DNA of 22,367 nt, from positions 930,001-952,367 of the forward strand of contig MU058418.1 of NCBI GenBank assembly GCA_013265495.1. The letters run 5' to 3'. Position 1 is the first letter of the stretch; each line of letters begins with the position of its first letter. The notes below the pieces were generated by a model. It was not told the origin of the DNA. It did no database searches and saw only the letters and a program-made list of their open reading frames with translations. Source of the DNA: Vicugna vicugna. Taxonomy: Eukaryota. This document shows, piece by piece, positions 1 through 12,052 of this stretch. Position numbers and translations under genes: made by a program.

Positions 1-1673
1 AGTAGGTCATTTTCAGCAGCCCTGAACTCTTCTCTTTTACCTCACTAAGGCTCAAACCTCTGCACTAAGTTGCTATTCCATTCTGCCTTTCAGAAAAGTA
101 ATTAATCCCAATTCAAATGAGAAAGCCCGTAATCATCTTTAAATGTACTCTATACTTCAGTCTTAGAAATTATATATCGAAGTTTGAAAAGAAGTTAGTG
201 GGATAGTTAGTGGGATTAGAAACAGTATTGAAGACACAAATTTTAATAGAATGTATTAGTTTTTTAAAGCATTACTTTAAATATACAGCTACATATTCAG
301 AATTTATTCAAAGTTGATTCATGTATGATGGACAAATAACTTCCCAAATGTGCTTCTTTGTAAAGCTATGAAAACTGGAGAGGAGAATTAGGTAGGACAT
401 GCACTAATGAGTGTAAGATTTTCTCCTCACCCTTAAATACTTCTACAGGATGTTCTTTGTAAAACAAGTGTAGTGAAAATTCCCCTTTTCTTCCTTGAAG
501 CATCTGTGAGTCTTTCTTTATATAAAATGAGCTTTTTTGGTGAGCACATGACAAGGAAGAGGTTCAGTGTAACAAGCAATCATGTTATTTTAAAAACCTC
601 CACCTCAAATTAAGTTTACATATGGCAGCTTTTTAGAGACGGTCAGTTGCAACATGTGAGCAATTTAAAAGTGTAACATTTCATTTACAGGTTCAGAGTA
701 GCTTTCAATTCTTATACTAGTGTGCTTCTAATTAAATCTTAATTGTACATTCATTATGAATTGAAAGAAACACTGATATACTGGATTTTCCACAAAAGGA
801 ATACAAGATAGCCCTCATAAAATGGCTGGTTAATCCAAAGAAAAGGAATAAAATGTGGAAATAATCCTTACAATTAAAGCCTAACATTTGAAGTTGTATG
901 ATTATTAAATTATCACAAGTAGTATCTTTTTATAGACCCAAATTATTTAAATATATATGATTTGTTATGGTAAATCACTAGAATGCATGAGGAGCAATGA
1001 CCAGGTAGTAAAAGTAATGAAAATGATGTATACAATAATTTAAGTTGCTACTTTATCATATACCAATTTTAAAATATATACTTGTGAAATAAACATTTTT
1101 TAAGTGGGTTTATCTTAAGATCAGAAAAAGAAAGGACCAAAAATGTAAGTAGCCCAGTGCTGCTTTCTCATGGGACAGGACTTTTGTCTGAATTGTAGGG
1201 TTATTGCTACACTTGTCTCATTACACCTCTTTGGCATATACTTGGGTAATTTGAATTTTCAACATAGCATGAAATAGTTTTCAAAAATAAATCAATGATC
1301 CTTCCATTTTTAATTCCTCCTGCCTATAGAGTCATCATTCATGAAATCTGGTGATTTTGAACTTAAAATTTAAATGAATTTACTCTCTTTTCCATTATCT
1401 CCTGCAACCAGCTCTTTAAAGAATAAAGGAAATAATAACTTAAAAAATACACCAAGAAAGGCTCCCAACAACTTTGTGGAACTAAAGTTGGAAACAAAAC
1501 ATGTATTTCTGATATCCAGAGAGCTGGAAGATAGCATCTCAGCCCAGGTTTTTCTCATAGTCTGAGACTGGAAATTTATTCTTTTTTTGAGAAATAAAAT
1601 ACAGAAAAGCACATGTATCTGCAATCCAGATTTAACAATTAACATTTTGTAATGTTTGTTTAAAGTCATTTTT

Positions 1674-1848
1674 GTATATATATTTTTATTGAAATATAGT
1701 CAGTTTACAATGTTGTATCAATTTCTGATGTACAGCATAATGCTTCAGTCATACATGAACATACGTATATTCATTTTCATATTATTTTTCACCATAAGTT
1801 ATTATAAGATATTGAATATAGTTCCCTGTGCTATACAGTATAAATTTG
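1674..1848 (-). mobile_element. 5'-truncated L1 3' end
   Basis: TTTTTATTGAAATATAGTCAGTTTACAATGTTGT..GTTCCCTGTGCTATACAGTA is the reverse complement of the L1 terminus. 18-bp flanking direct repeat TTGTTTAAAGTCATTTTT (1656-1673, 1849-1866). Confidence 0.9.
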
Positions 1849-1964
1849 TTGTTTAAAGTCATTTTTATAAAAGTAATTTTTAAAGTTCACCTTCATTTCT
1901 CCTCTAATCCCATGCTCCCCTACTCCTTCCTCCCACAATCAAGGCTGTAACCCTCATAATTTGG

Positions 1965-2492
1965 TGTATTAGTCTCTATTGCTGTATAACAAATGACCCC
2001 AAAATTTGGTGGCTTAAAACAACATCTGTTATCTTACAGTTTCTGTGGGTCAGGAATCTATGTAGTTTAGTTGGATTCTCAGGCTTAGGAACTCTCACAA
2101 GACCGCAGTCAAGGTGTTGGCTTGAGCTGCTGTTATCTCCAGGTTCAACTGGGGCAAAATCCGCTTCCAAGTTCACTCAGTGGTTGTTGGCAGGATTCAG
2201 TTCCCTGACGATTGTTGTGCTGAAGGCTTCAGTTCCTTCCTAGCTCTTGGCTAGAGGCTGCCTTAGTTCTTTGCCACAACATGCAAATTGCTTTATTAAC
2301 ATTAGAAGAGCCAGAACCAACAAGGAAGAAATCAGTTTTTTATACTTCACCTTGGAAGTGACACCTCGTCCTTCTGTTCATTACAAGCAAGTCACTAAGC
2401 CCAGACCAAACTCAAGGGGGAGAAATTATACCAGAGCATGAAATCTAGGAGGCAGGATTCATTGGAGAACATGTTAGGGGCTGGCTACCAAC
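1965..2492 (-). mobile_element. MaLR solo LTR, MLT1F-like
   Basis: Starts TGTATTAGT..ATTGCTGTATAACAAATGACCCCAAAATTTGGTGGCTTAAAACAAC; internal ATCCGCTTCCAAGTTCACTCAGTGGTTGTTGGCAGGATTCAGTTCC; ends GGCTGGCTACCA. Confidence 0.8.
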
Positions 2493-2494
2493 GT

Positions 2495-4185
2495 GTGTAT
2501 TTTACCAGCTAATTATTATATACTTTTTCATAAATATCTATAAGTGAACAGTACATATATATGAACAATGTTACATATATTTTCAGTTTACAAAAATGGT
2601 TTTATTTTGTGTGAATTATTATGTATCTTGCTTTTTTCCACTTAATGTTATATTTTTGACATCTTTTCATGTTGATATATTTAGATCTAGTGAGCTCCTT
2701 TTAACTACTATTCAATATTCAATCTATGGATTACCTCATTTTACTTAAAATTCTACTCATTCATTTTATTACTAGTGGATACATGGACATTTGTGTATGT
2801 GGTTATTTAGGAATTTTGGGGGTGCGGTGTTTGGTGTTACTAATGAAGTAACAATGAGCATCTTTGCACGTGTCTCTCTGAGTACATAAGCAAGAGTTTC
2901 TAAAACCTAGAAGTTATTTAAATATTATTACATGCTTCCAAATTGTTCTTCTAAAATGATTATACCTGTTTATACTTATGCCTGTAGTTTAAGAGATTTA
3001 CCTTTACTCAGCTTGCATACCAACTTTAATTGGCGATACATGATATCTCATTGTTGTTTTTCTTGGTTTTTTCCTAATTACCTATAAGGTTAAGCATCTT
3101 TTCACGTATTGATAAATCATTTGGGTTTCCTAGTCTCTTCAGTCTCTGTTCACATACTGTGGCCATCTTCCTATTGAGTTGTTTGTGCTTTTCATTACAT
3201 TTTGGTTGTATGTCTTTTGTCATACTAAAAACATTTTTTAACATAGCCAAATATCAGTTCTTTGACTTTATAATTTGTGCTTTTTGTTTCTAGTTTAAGA
3301 AACCTTCTGTGACCCAACATTCTAAAAATGTTTCCTGTATTTTCTTCAAATAATTTTAAAGTTTTGGTTTTTTACACCTGGCATTTATTTGAAATTTGCT
3401 TTTGTGTTTTGTGTGAAGTAGGAATCTTAATTTTAGTTTTCTATATGGAAAGTAAATTGTTCCAACATTATTTATTAGCTCAGCCAGACTTTTACCCCTG
3501 ATTTAAATATCACTTCTGTTATAGATCAAGATCCCCTAAATGCATGAGTCTCTTTCTGGACTTTCTATTCTACTCAGCTGATCTCTTTGAACATTCTTGA
3601 ACCAGTACCAAACTATTTTAATTGCTAAAGCTTTATAATGACTAAATATTTTAAAGAGATAGTCCCACCTCATTGTTCATTTTTTTTCAGAATTGTTTGA
3701 GGTTTTTAAAAATATTTACTCTTCCATTTGCATTTTAATCAGTTTCTCAAGTTGCATAAAAATCCAGGTGGGATTTTAATTGGAATTATTTTAAGTTTAC
3801 ACATCTAATTTTGGGATATTGACATGTCCTGAAGTTGAGTCTTTCCAAATAAGAACATAGTATGTATCTTCATTTTTTAAAAAGCCTTCCTTATATCCTT
3901 CATAATATGTTATAGTTTTCTTCTTTAAAAAATGTATAAATCTTTTGTTAGATTTATTCACAAGTACCTTATTATATATTTACTGTAGTGAATGATGACC
4001 TTTTTTTTCTATTAGGTTTTTAATTATTTATTGCTGATTTATAGAAATGTCATTGATTTTTATGTTAGAATTGTGTTTAGGAAATTAAACCTCATTAATT
4101 TTATGTTTGCCTATAAATCACCTTAGATTTTCCATGCAAATTACTGTAGCATATTCAAATAACAACAATTTTTATTTTTTCTTTC
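2495..4185 (-). mobile_element. Ancient L1 (L1ME/L1M-type) ORF2 3' portion, highly diverged
   Basis: T-rich antisense L1 motifs in collinear order: AAATTGTTCCAACATTATTTATT (~3455), CCAGTACCAAACTATTTTAATTGCTAAAGCTTTATAAT (~3602), GGTGGGATTTTAATTGGAATT (~3767), TTTTGTTAGATTTATTCACAAGTA (~3943). Confidence 0.75.
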
Positions 4186-4186
4186 T

Positions 4187-4598
4187 GAGTGGACACCTAT
4201 CATTTGTTTTGGTCGCCCAGCATCTGAACTCCTTTCTATGTTAGAGGAATTTCCCGCTTTGTTAATCTGGTTATAAGATAAAAAACTGCTTCCTCAATAG
4301 GAGCTTAGAATATTCCAAACTTCTCTCTCAGCCTTCCTTGCAGCTGAGGAACAGGGATTTACTGATGCTGTAGTGGTGACAGTAGCTTCTGGAATTGAAT
4401 GCTCAGCTCATTTATTTTTAGTTTTTCTTATTTTCAAATATGTTCTCCACTCCCAATTTTTTTTCCACATTGGAAGAACACAGTGCAATACTCCTGGCGT
4501 CTTTCCACCCCTTTACTTACTTCACTACAGAGCTAGTAAAGAGACTTATTTGATTGGTAAATTTTAGGACAATTCTAAATTCTTGTAAGAACTAACAA
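4187..4598. mobile_element. Possible old ERVL-type LTR remnant (LTR16/LTR33-like)
   Basis: Abrupt change from L1 to ATCATTTGTTTTGGTCGCCCAGCATCTGAACTCCTTTC; resemblance from recall only. Confidence 0.35.
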
Positions 4599-4959
4599 TA
4601 TTTGGCTCAACTACTCTTCCCTTCCTCTTGAGAGTGAATGACAAGCAAAGAATATGTGTCTTTCTCTGCCATTCCATGGTATAAGTCTCACTTAGGCAGG
4701 ATCCCATGTGGGGAAACTTGCCCACATCCAGTGTCCCTGTATATAAACTCTCAGTTCTGGACCTGTATTCCCACCATCATGAGTCCTGACTTTTCACTGG
4801 TTTTCCACAAAGCTCCATATGCCCTTAAGATTACTGTTTTCCTTACTTTCCCTTGTGTCTTACTGAATGAAAGCATATTCCTTAGGGTTTGTAAATTGTA
4901 GAGACCGTGGCAATGAAGTATATTTAATATTCTTTCAAGTTATAATTACTGTAAAAATC

Positions 4960-5665
4960 ATAAAAGTATTACATGAATATTGGAAAGAGGGAAAAATTTG
5001 CTAATAATTATTCAGCATTATAGAGCAGCCACAATCACCTCTCTTTATATATTCTTTTGCCATGATGTATATACGTTTTCCATACTTGTAATCATGTAAC
5101 ATATCTAGAATATATATTTCTTCATGTTTCTAGATTGTCTTCATACTTCAAATTTTCAATGAAAGCACATTTCATTGAGTAGACATTTTGTAATGTAACC
5201 ATACCGTGTTACTTTCCATTTTTCATTTGTGAAAGTAACATTATAATAAATATCTTCACATATTTAACATTTTCCTATCTTTTAAAATTTCCCGTGGGAT
5301 TAATATCTATAATTGTTGAGTCAAAGAAAATTATTTTTTTAATCTTATGTGGGTTCCAGTTATATCCCAAATGTCTATGTTAGTTCATAGTGATTTCTCC
5401 AATACATGAGTACCCCAGTTATACCAAAATCTTGCTAAAATTGAAAAGAAATTTTAATTGAATATAATTTTTTGTTATTAACTAGTACATTTGAACATAT
5501 TTTTCTTTTTATAAAACCAGATTTCCTCCTTTTTTTTCAAGACTATCTGTTTATAGTTTTTCTTGCTGATTTTTTGAAGTTTTAATGCTTCCTTTTTCAA
5601 AATATATGAGTTATTTATATAAGACATTAACGCTTTTGTTATACTTGCTATAATTTTCCCTAGTT
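4960..5665 (-). mobile_element. Very diverged L1ME-type fragment
   Basis: T-rich sequence with degenerate antisense L1 3' motifs (ATAATAAATATCTTCACATAT, ATATATGAGTTATTTATATAAGACATTAAC). Confidence 0.45.
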
Positions 5666-5829
5666 CTTAAGAATATTTGAGATAACATAAAAAATATATT
5701 TACAAGCATAAGATTAGTACAAGAATTAAGGGGAAAAACTGACTGGGAGAAAAAAAGAAAGAAGCAAGTATGCTAATCATAGGAGCTAGCAAATGACCCA
5801 TTGTGAAATTTGACCCTAAAGTTAGTCTG

Positions 5830-5995
5830 TCAACCTGAGGTTCAGATCCTGATCTGCCACTTACTATTTATCTCTAATTTCCCTATTTAACCTCGTGAAG
5901 CCACAGTGTTCTCATCTAGTAGAAACCTTACAATTATTATAAGAAGTTAAAATAATATATGTAGAATTCATGGCACCTAAGTAGCTTTATTATTG
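5830..5995 (+). mobile_element. MIR SINE remnant
   Basis: GGTTCAGATCCTGATCTGCCACTTACTA (B-box region), TTTAACCTC..GCCACAGTGTTCTCATCT (core), TGGCACCTAAGTAGC. Confidence 0.65.
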
Positions 5996-6109
5996 GTAGT
6001 TACAGAACTCTCATTATCAGAAAAGGAGAAAGATAATTATCTGTTTTAGAAGGTTAAGCTTTCCTGGCACCAAATTCTTAAAACTACCATATACCACAAA
6101 TAGAGTTCA

Positions 6110-6458
6110 CCTCTTTCTTCTGAGAGCTGGAGTGGGCTTAGTAAAGCATGTGATTAGATGCAACTATGTGACAAACTCTGATTAATAAATTTTGAGCAGA
6201 TATCTTCTGGGCTAGAGCATTTGATTGTTAATACAAGATGTTTCAAAGCCTTCTTTCTATTGGCTGTGGCAATTGGCAACACTGAAGAAGGAAGCTTGTT
6301 ACATTAGCCTGGGTCCTATAGTGAGGAAGCAAGGAGCAGAAGACCCCAACTTCACTGCATTGACTGTGTGGCATGAATAATAAATAAACCTTTGTTCTTA
6401 TAAACCACTAAGATTTGAGGTTGTTACTAAAACAGCCTAAACTCTCCTAACTGAAACA
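6110..6458 (+). mobile_element. MaLR LTR remnant, MLT1I/J-like
   Basis: AGCCTGGGTCC..GAGCAGA, AATAAACCTTTGTTCTTATAAACCACTAAGATTTGAGGTTGTTAC, terminal CCTAACTGAAACA. Confidence 0.7.
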
Positions 6459-6944
6459 AGAAAATAACAGCTTCTTTGGTCCTAGATGCTACTGTAGGGA
6501 CTTCTATGGATGCATCAGGAAGCCACAGAATTGACTTGTGCTGTTCCCCTACTTAATGATGGACCTACCTATTCTGCCATAGCAACATGTTGGTCAGGTC
6601 CTGTCCACTTGAGTAGCACACTGTCCTCAAAACAGTAGCTCTTCTTGGGAAAGGGATCAATACTGCTACTCACGACCCTTCATTTACCTTCTATTTTGGT
6701 GAATGAAGGAATCTGTTTATGAAATAGCTTATGGACAGGGAGAGAACTATTAAGTAGGCCAGGTATGTGAAATGAAATCCTAAGCAGATTGCTATTTTCA
6801 AATTGTCAACTAGTAATCTACGTAACATTTATTCAATAAACCTTCCCTCTTCTTTTGTGACACCTCCTTATTCTATATTATGTAATTATCTATATCTAAC
6901 CTATTCCAAATTTATGTAGGTTTTATACCACCATATCACTGTTT

Positions 6945-7084
6945 CAACCAGTATTACTAGACTTATTTATAATTACCAGAAAACTTAAAGCAACAAAAAT
7001 GTCTTTCAGTAGGTGAATAGATAAACAAATTGTAATATATCCATTTGGTGGCATATTACTTAGGAATTTAAAAAAAGATGAAGA
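6945..7084 (+). mobile_element. Old L1MC-type element, left part (split by the younger L1)
   Basis: TTATTTATAATTACCAGAAAACTTAAAGCAACAAAAATGTCTTTCAGTAGGTGAATAGATAAACAAATTG is a degenerate L1 ORF2-end motif. It continues collinearly after 12832. Confidence 0.7.
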
Positions 7085-8196
7085 GAGATTCACCAAGATG
7101 GCAGAGTAGAAAGACCCTGAGCTCACCTCCTCTCACGGACATACCAAAATCACAACTACAGAAGAGCCATCAATGAAAAACACTGGAACCTGTCAAAAAT
7201 GATCTTCTACAACTAAAGACATACATACAACCAGATGGGTAGGAGGGTTGGGCTTGCAATATAGCCAAGTCCCATACTACCAGGTGGGCAACCCACAAAC
7301 TGGAAATAATTACATTGCAGAGGTTCTCCCAAAGGAGAGAGAATCTGAGCCCTACACTAGGCTCCTTAGCCCAAGAACCGTACATGGGAAGATAAGCTCC
7401 CAGAGCATTTGACTTTGAAGGCTAGCAGGGTTTAATTTCAGGAGTCTCAGAGGACTGGGGGAAATAGAGACATTATTCATAAGGAGTGCACACAAAATCT
7501 CAGAAGCAGTAATTTGAGAGGAGACTGGATCAGATCTACCTGCTGATCTTAGAGTCTCCAGGAGAGGCAGGAGGCCACTGCAGCTTAACCTGGGAACATA
7601 GACATAGGCAGCAGACATTTTTGGGAACTCCTTCTACCATGTGGACATTGGTGCCAGCAAGCACTATTGTGGAATCCTCCCTCTGGTTCATTAGAGCCAA
7701 GACCTGGCTCTATCCAACAGCCTGTTGGTGCTACTGCTGGGGCACCTCAGGCCAAGCAACTGACTGAGTAGGGACACAGTCTCACCCATCAGGAGACAGG
7801 CTGCCTTAAGACCTCCTGAGCCTATAACCACCTTTCGTCACAGCGCTACCTACCAGAGGGCCCAGGACCTAGCTCCACCTGCCAGTGGGCAGGCACCAGT
7901 CCCAGAATCCCCTTGGATCTGGCCCTGACCTCGAGGGAGCTTGTTCTAACCTTTGGACCAGCTTCACTCATCAGGGGGTGGACACCAGACTCAAGAAAAT
8001 CACAATCTGGCAGCCTTCCCTTCAGCAGGCCAGACCCTACTCTGAGACCAGTTTGGCCCTGCTCCTGCCCACTAGCAGGACAACACAAGCTTCAGGTCAC
8101 CCCAGGCCCCAAACTGAACTGTGTCAGGAACCTCCCCCAAATCCCCCAGCAATCTGACACAGCTCTGGGACTCCTGGGTCCTGCAACCAGACTCCA
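7085..8196 (+). promoter_or_regulatory. L1 5'UTR / internal Pol II promoter (decayed), with YY1 core motif CAAGATGGC at 7094-7102
   Basis: YY1-type motif ~10 nt from the element start, as in known L1 promoters. GC-richer than the flanks but CpG-poor, consistent with methylation decay. Confidence 0.75.
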
Positions 8197-8700
8197 TAAA
8201 TGTAAATGGACCAAATGTTCCAATGAAAAGACATAGAGTGGTTGAATGGATACAAAAACAAGATCTGTGTATATGCTGCCTCCAAGAGACTCACTTCAGG
8301 TCTAAAGACATACACAGACTGAAAGTGAGGGAATGGAAAAAGGTATTCCAGGCAAATGGAAATCAAAAGACCATCAGGGTAGCAATACTTATATCAGACA
8401 AAGACTTTAAAGTAGAAACTGTTATAAGAGACAAAAGAGGACATTATGTAATGATCTGGGGATCAATCAAAGAAGAAGATATAACAATTGTAAATTATAT
8501 ATACCCAACATAGGAACACCTAAATACATAACGCAAATATTAACAGACATAAAGGGAGAAATTGACAGTAACACAATAATAGTAGAGGACATTAACATCT
8601 CATTTACATCAATGGCCAGATCATCCAAACAGCAAATCAATAAGGAGAAACTGACCTTAAATGACACATAATACCAGATGGACTTAACAGATACATGTAT

Positions 8701-8718
8701 ACACACACACACACACAC
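8701..8718. repeat. (AC)9 microsatellite inside the L1 endonuclease region
   Basis: Read directly from the sequence. Confidence 0.95.
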
Positions 8719-10265
8719 AGAACATTCATATGAAAGCAGCAGAATGCACATTCTTTTCAAGTGCACATGGAACATTCTCCAGGATAGACCACATGCTAGG
8801 TCACAAAATAAGCCTTGGGAAATTTAAGAAAATTGAAATCATATCAAGCATTTTTTCAACCACAAAGCTGTGAGACTAGAAATCAACTACAAGCAAAAAG
8901 CTACAAAAAACACAAATATGATGAGGCTAAACAATATGCTATTAAACAAACAATGGATTACTGAAGAAATCAAAGAGGAAATCAAAAATTACCTTGAGAC
9001 AAATGAAAATGAAAGCACAGCAATCCAAAAATCTATGGGACACAGAAAAAGCACTTATAAGAAGAAAGCTTATAGCAATACAAGCTTACCTCAAGAAAAT
9101 CTCAACAACCAAACCTAGCACCTAAAGGAATTAGAAAAATAAGAGCAAACAAAATCAAAGCTAGCAAGAGGAAAGAAATAATAAAAATCAGAGAAGAAAT
9201 AAATGAAATGGAGGTTAAAAAAATAGAAAAGATCAGTGAAACTAAGTTTTGGTTCCTTGAAAAGATAAACAAAACTGATAAATCTTTAGCCAGACTCATC
9301 AAGAAGAAAGAAAGAGAGCTCAAATTAATGAAATCAGAAATGAAAAAGTAGAAGTTACAACTGACAGCATGGAAATAAAGAAGATCATAAGAGATTACTA
9401 TGAACAAATGCCAATAAAATGGACAACCTAGAAGAAATGGACAAATTCTTAGAAAGGTGCAATCTCCCAAGACTGAACCAGAAAAAAATAGAAAATATGG
9501 AAGGACCAATTACCAGTACTGAAATTGAATCAGTAATTTAAAATATCCCAACAAACAAAAATCCAGAACCAGATGGCTTCCCAGGTGAGTTCTACCAAAT
9601 ATTTAGAGGAAAATTAACACTAAGCTTTCTTAAACTATTCCAAAAAATTGTAGAGGAGGGAATGTTTCTGAACTCATTCTACAAGGCCAACATCACCCTA
9701 GTACCAAAACCAGAGAAAGGTATCACACAAAAAAAGAAAATTAATGGGCCATTAGCATTGATGAACATAGATCCAAAAATCATCAACAAAATATTAGCAA
9801 ACCAAATCCAACAATACATTAAAAAAAATCATATGCCATGAACAAGTGGGATTTATGCCAGGAATGCAAGGAATTTTCAATCTGCAAATCAATTAATGTG
9901 ATATACCATATTAACAAACTGAAGAATAAAAATTGTATGATCATTTCAGTAGATGCAGAAAAAGCTTTTGAAAAAATTTGACATCTGTTTATAATTAAAG
10001 CTCTCCAGAAAGTGGGCATAGAGGGAACATACTTCAACATAATAAAGGTTTGTATGATAAATCCACAGCTAACATCATACTCAATGGTGAAAAGCTGAAA
10101 GCATTTCATCTAAGATGAGGAACAAGACAAGGATGCCCACTTTCACCACTTTTATTCAACATAGTATTGGAAGTCCTAGCCGCAGCAGTCAGACAAGAAA
10201 AAAAAATTAAAGGGTCCAAATTGGAAAGGAAGAAGTAAAACTGTCACTGTTGGCAGATGACATAT

Positions 10266-10292
10266 TATATATATATATATATAAAATATATA
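10266..10292. repeat. Imperfect (TA)n run immediately after the L1 RT ADD motif
   Basis: Read directly: TATATATATATATATATAAAATATATA. Confidence 0.9.
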
Positions 10293-11658
10293 TTTTCTAA
10301 GGATGCCACCATAAAGCTATTAGAGTTCATGAATGAATTCAGTAAATTTGCAAGATACAAAATTAATGTACAGAAATCTTGCATTTCTCTGCACTAAAAA
10401 TGAACTATCAGAAAAAGAAATTAAGTAAATAATTCCATTTACCATTACATCAGAAACAGTAAAATACCTAGGAATAAACCTACCTAAGGAGATGAAAGAC
10501 CTGTACTTGGAAAACTGTAAGAAACTGATGAAAAAAATTGAAGATGACACAAACAGATGGAAAGATATACTGTGTTTATGGATTGGAAGAATTAATATTG
10601 TTAAAATGACATTACTGTCCAAGACAGTCTGCAGATTCAATGCAGTTCCTATCAAATACCAAGGACATTTTTCACAGAACTTGAACAAATAATTTTCAAA
10701 TCTGTATGGAAACATTAAAGACCCTGAATGGCCAAAACAATCTTTGAGAAAGAAGAACAAAGCTGGAGGAATCATGTTTCCTGACTTCAGACTGTTCTAC
10801 AAAACTACAGTATTCAAAACAGTATGATACTGGCACAAAAATAGACACATAGATCATGGAACAGAATAGAGAGCCCAGAAATAAACCCACACACTATGGT
10901 CTGTTAATCTACAACAAAAGAGGCAAGAATATACAATGGAGAAAAGACAGTCTCTTTGATAAGTTGTGCTGGGAAAACTGGACAGCTATATATAAAAGAA
11001 TGAAATTAGAACACTTTCTCACACCATATTCAAAATGGATCAAAGGCCTAAATATAAGACCAGAAACCATAAAACTCCTAGACAAAAGCATAGGCAGAAC
11101 ACTCTTTGACATAAATCACAGTAATATTTTTTGGATCTGTCTCCTAAAGCAAAGGAAATAAAAGCAAAAATAAACAAATGGGACCTAATTAGACTTAAAA
11201 GCTTTTACACAGCAAAGGAAACCATCTACAAAATGAAAAGATAACCTACTTAATGGGAGAAAATATTTGCTAATGATATCAGCAATAAGAGATTAATATC
11301 CAAAATACATAAGTAGCTCATACTACTCACCAGTGAAAAAAAAAAATCAAACAACCCAATTGAAAAATAGGCAGAAGACCTGAATAGACATTTTTCCTAA
11401 GAAGACATACCAAGGGCCAACAGGCATATGAAAAAATGTTCAACATCCCTGATCATTGACCCAGAGAAATGAAAATCAAAACCACAATGAGCTATCACTT
11501 CACACCAGTCAAAATGGCTATCGTCAAAAAGTCCACAAATAGAAAATATTGGTGAAGACATGGAGAAAAGGGAACACTTGTACTCTGTTGGTGGGAATTT
11601 AAATTGGTGCAGCCACTGTGGAAAACACTATGGAGTTTTCTTTAAAAAACTAAAAATA

Positions 11659-11971
11659 AAAAAAAATAAATGAAGCATAAATACAAAACAGAAATAGACT
11701 CACAGACATAGAATATAAACTTGTGGTTGCCAAGGGGGTAGGGGGTGGGAAGAGATAGACTGGGATTTCAAAAATGTAGAATAGATAAACAAGATTATAC
11801 TGTATAGCACAGGGAAATATATACAAGATCTTATGGTAGCTCACAGAGAAAAAAAATGTGACAATGAATATATACATGTTCATGTATAACTGAAAAATTG
11901 TGCTCTACACTGGAATTTGACACAACATTGTAAAATGATTATAAATCAATAAAAAATGTTAAAAAAAAAAA
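11659..11971 (+). mobile_element. Young 5'-truncated L1 (3'UTR + poly(A)) nested in the large L1
   Basis: L1 3'UTR motifs (CTGTATAGCACAGGGAAATATATACAAG; ACAACATTGTAAAATGATTATAAATCAATAAAAAATGTT + A11). TSD AAAAACTAAAAATA (11645-11658) / AAAAA(CC)CTAAAAATA (11967-11982). Confidence 0.9.
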
Positions 11972-11991
11972 CCCTAAAAATAGAACTACCA

Positions 11992-12052
11992 ACTGGAAAT
12001 TGACAGACACAACATTGTAAACTGACTATAACGGAATAAAAAAAATGTTAAA
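11992..12052 (+). mobile_element. Very short (~61 bp) 5'-truncated L1 3' end nested in the large L1
   Basis: ACTGGAAATTGAC..ACAACATTGTAAACTGACTATAAC..AATAAAAAAAATGTTAAA flanked by the perfect 16-bp TSD AAAAATAGAACTACCA (11976-11991, 12053-12068). Confidence 0.9.

Noticed and set aside
193..216. Tandem AGTTAGTGGGAT x2 (likewise ACATGGATAA x2 at 12848-12867)
   Set aside because: Two-copy slippage duplications with no spacers; not an array, telomeric repeat or CRISPR.
7170..11883. Many 60-151 aa ORFs on both strands across the large L1
   Set aside because: Plus-strand ORFs are frameshifted ORF2 fragments or 5'UTR noise. Minus-strand hydrophobic F/L/I-rich ORFs are the usual antisense shadow of A-rich L1 DNA.
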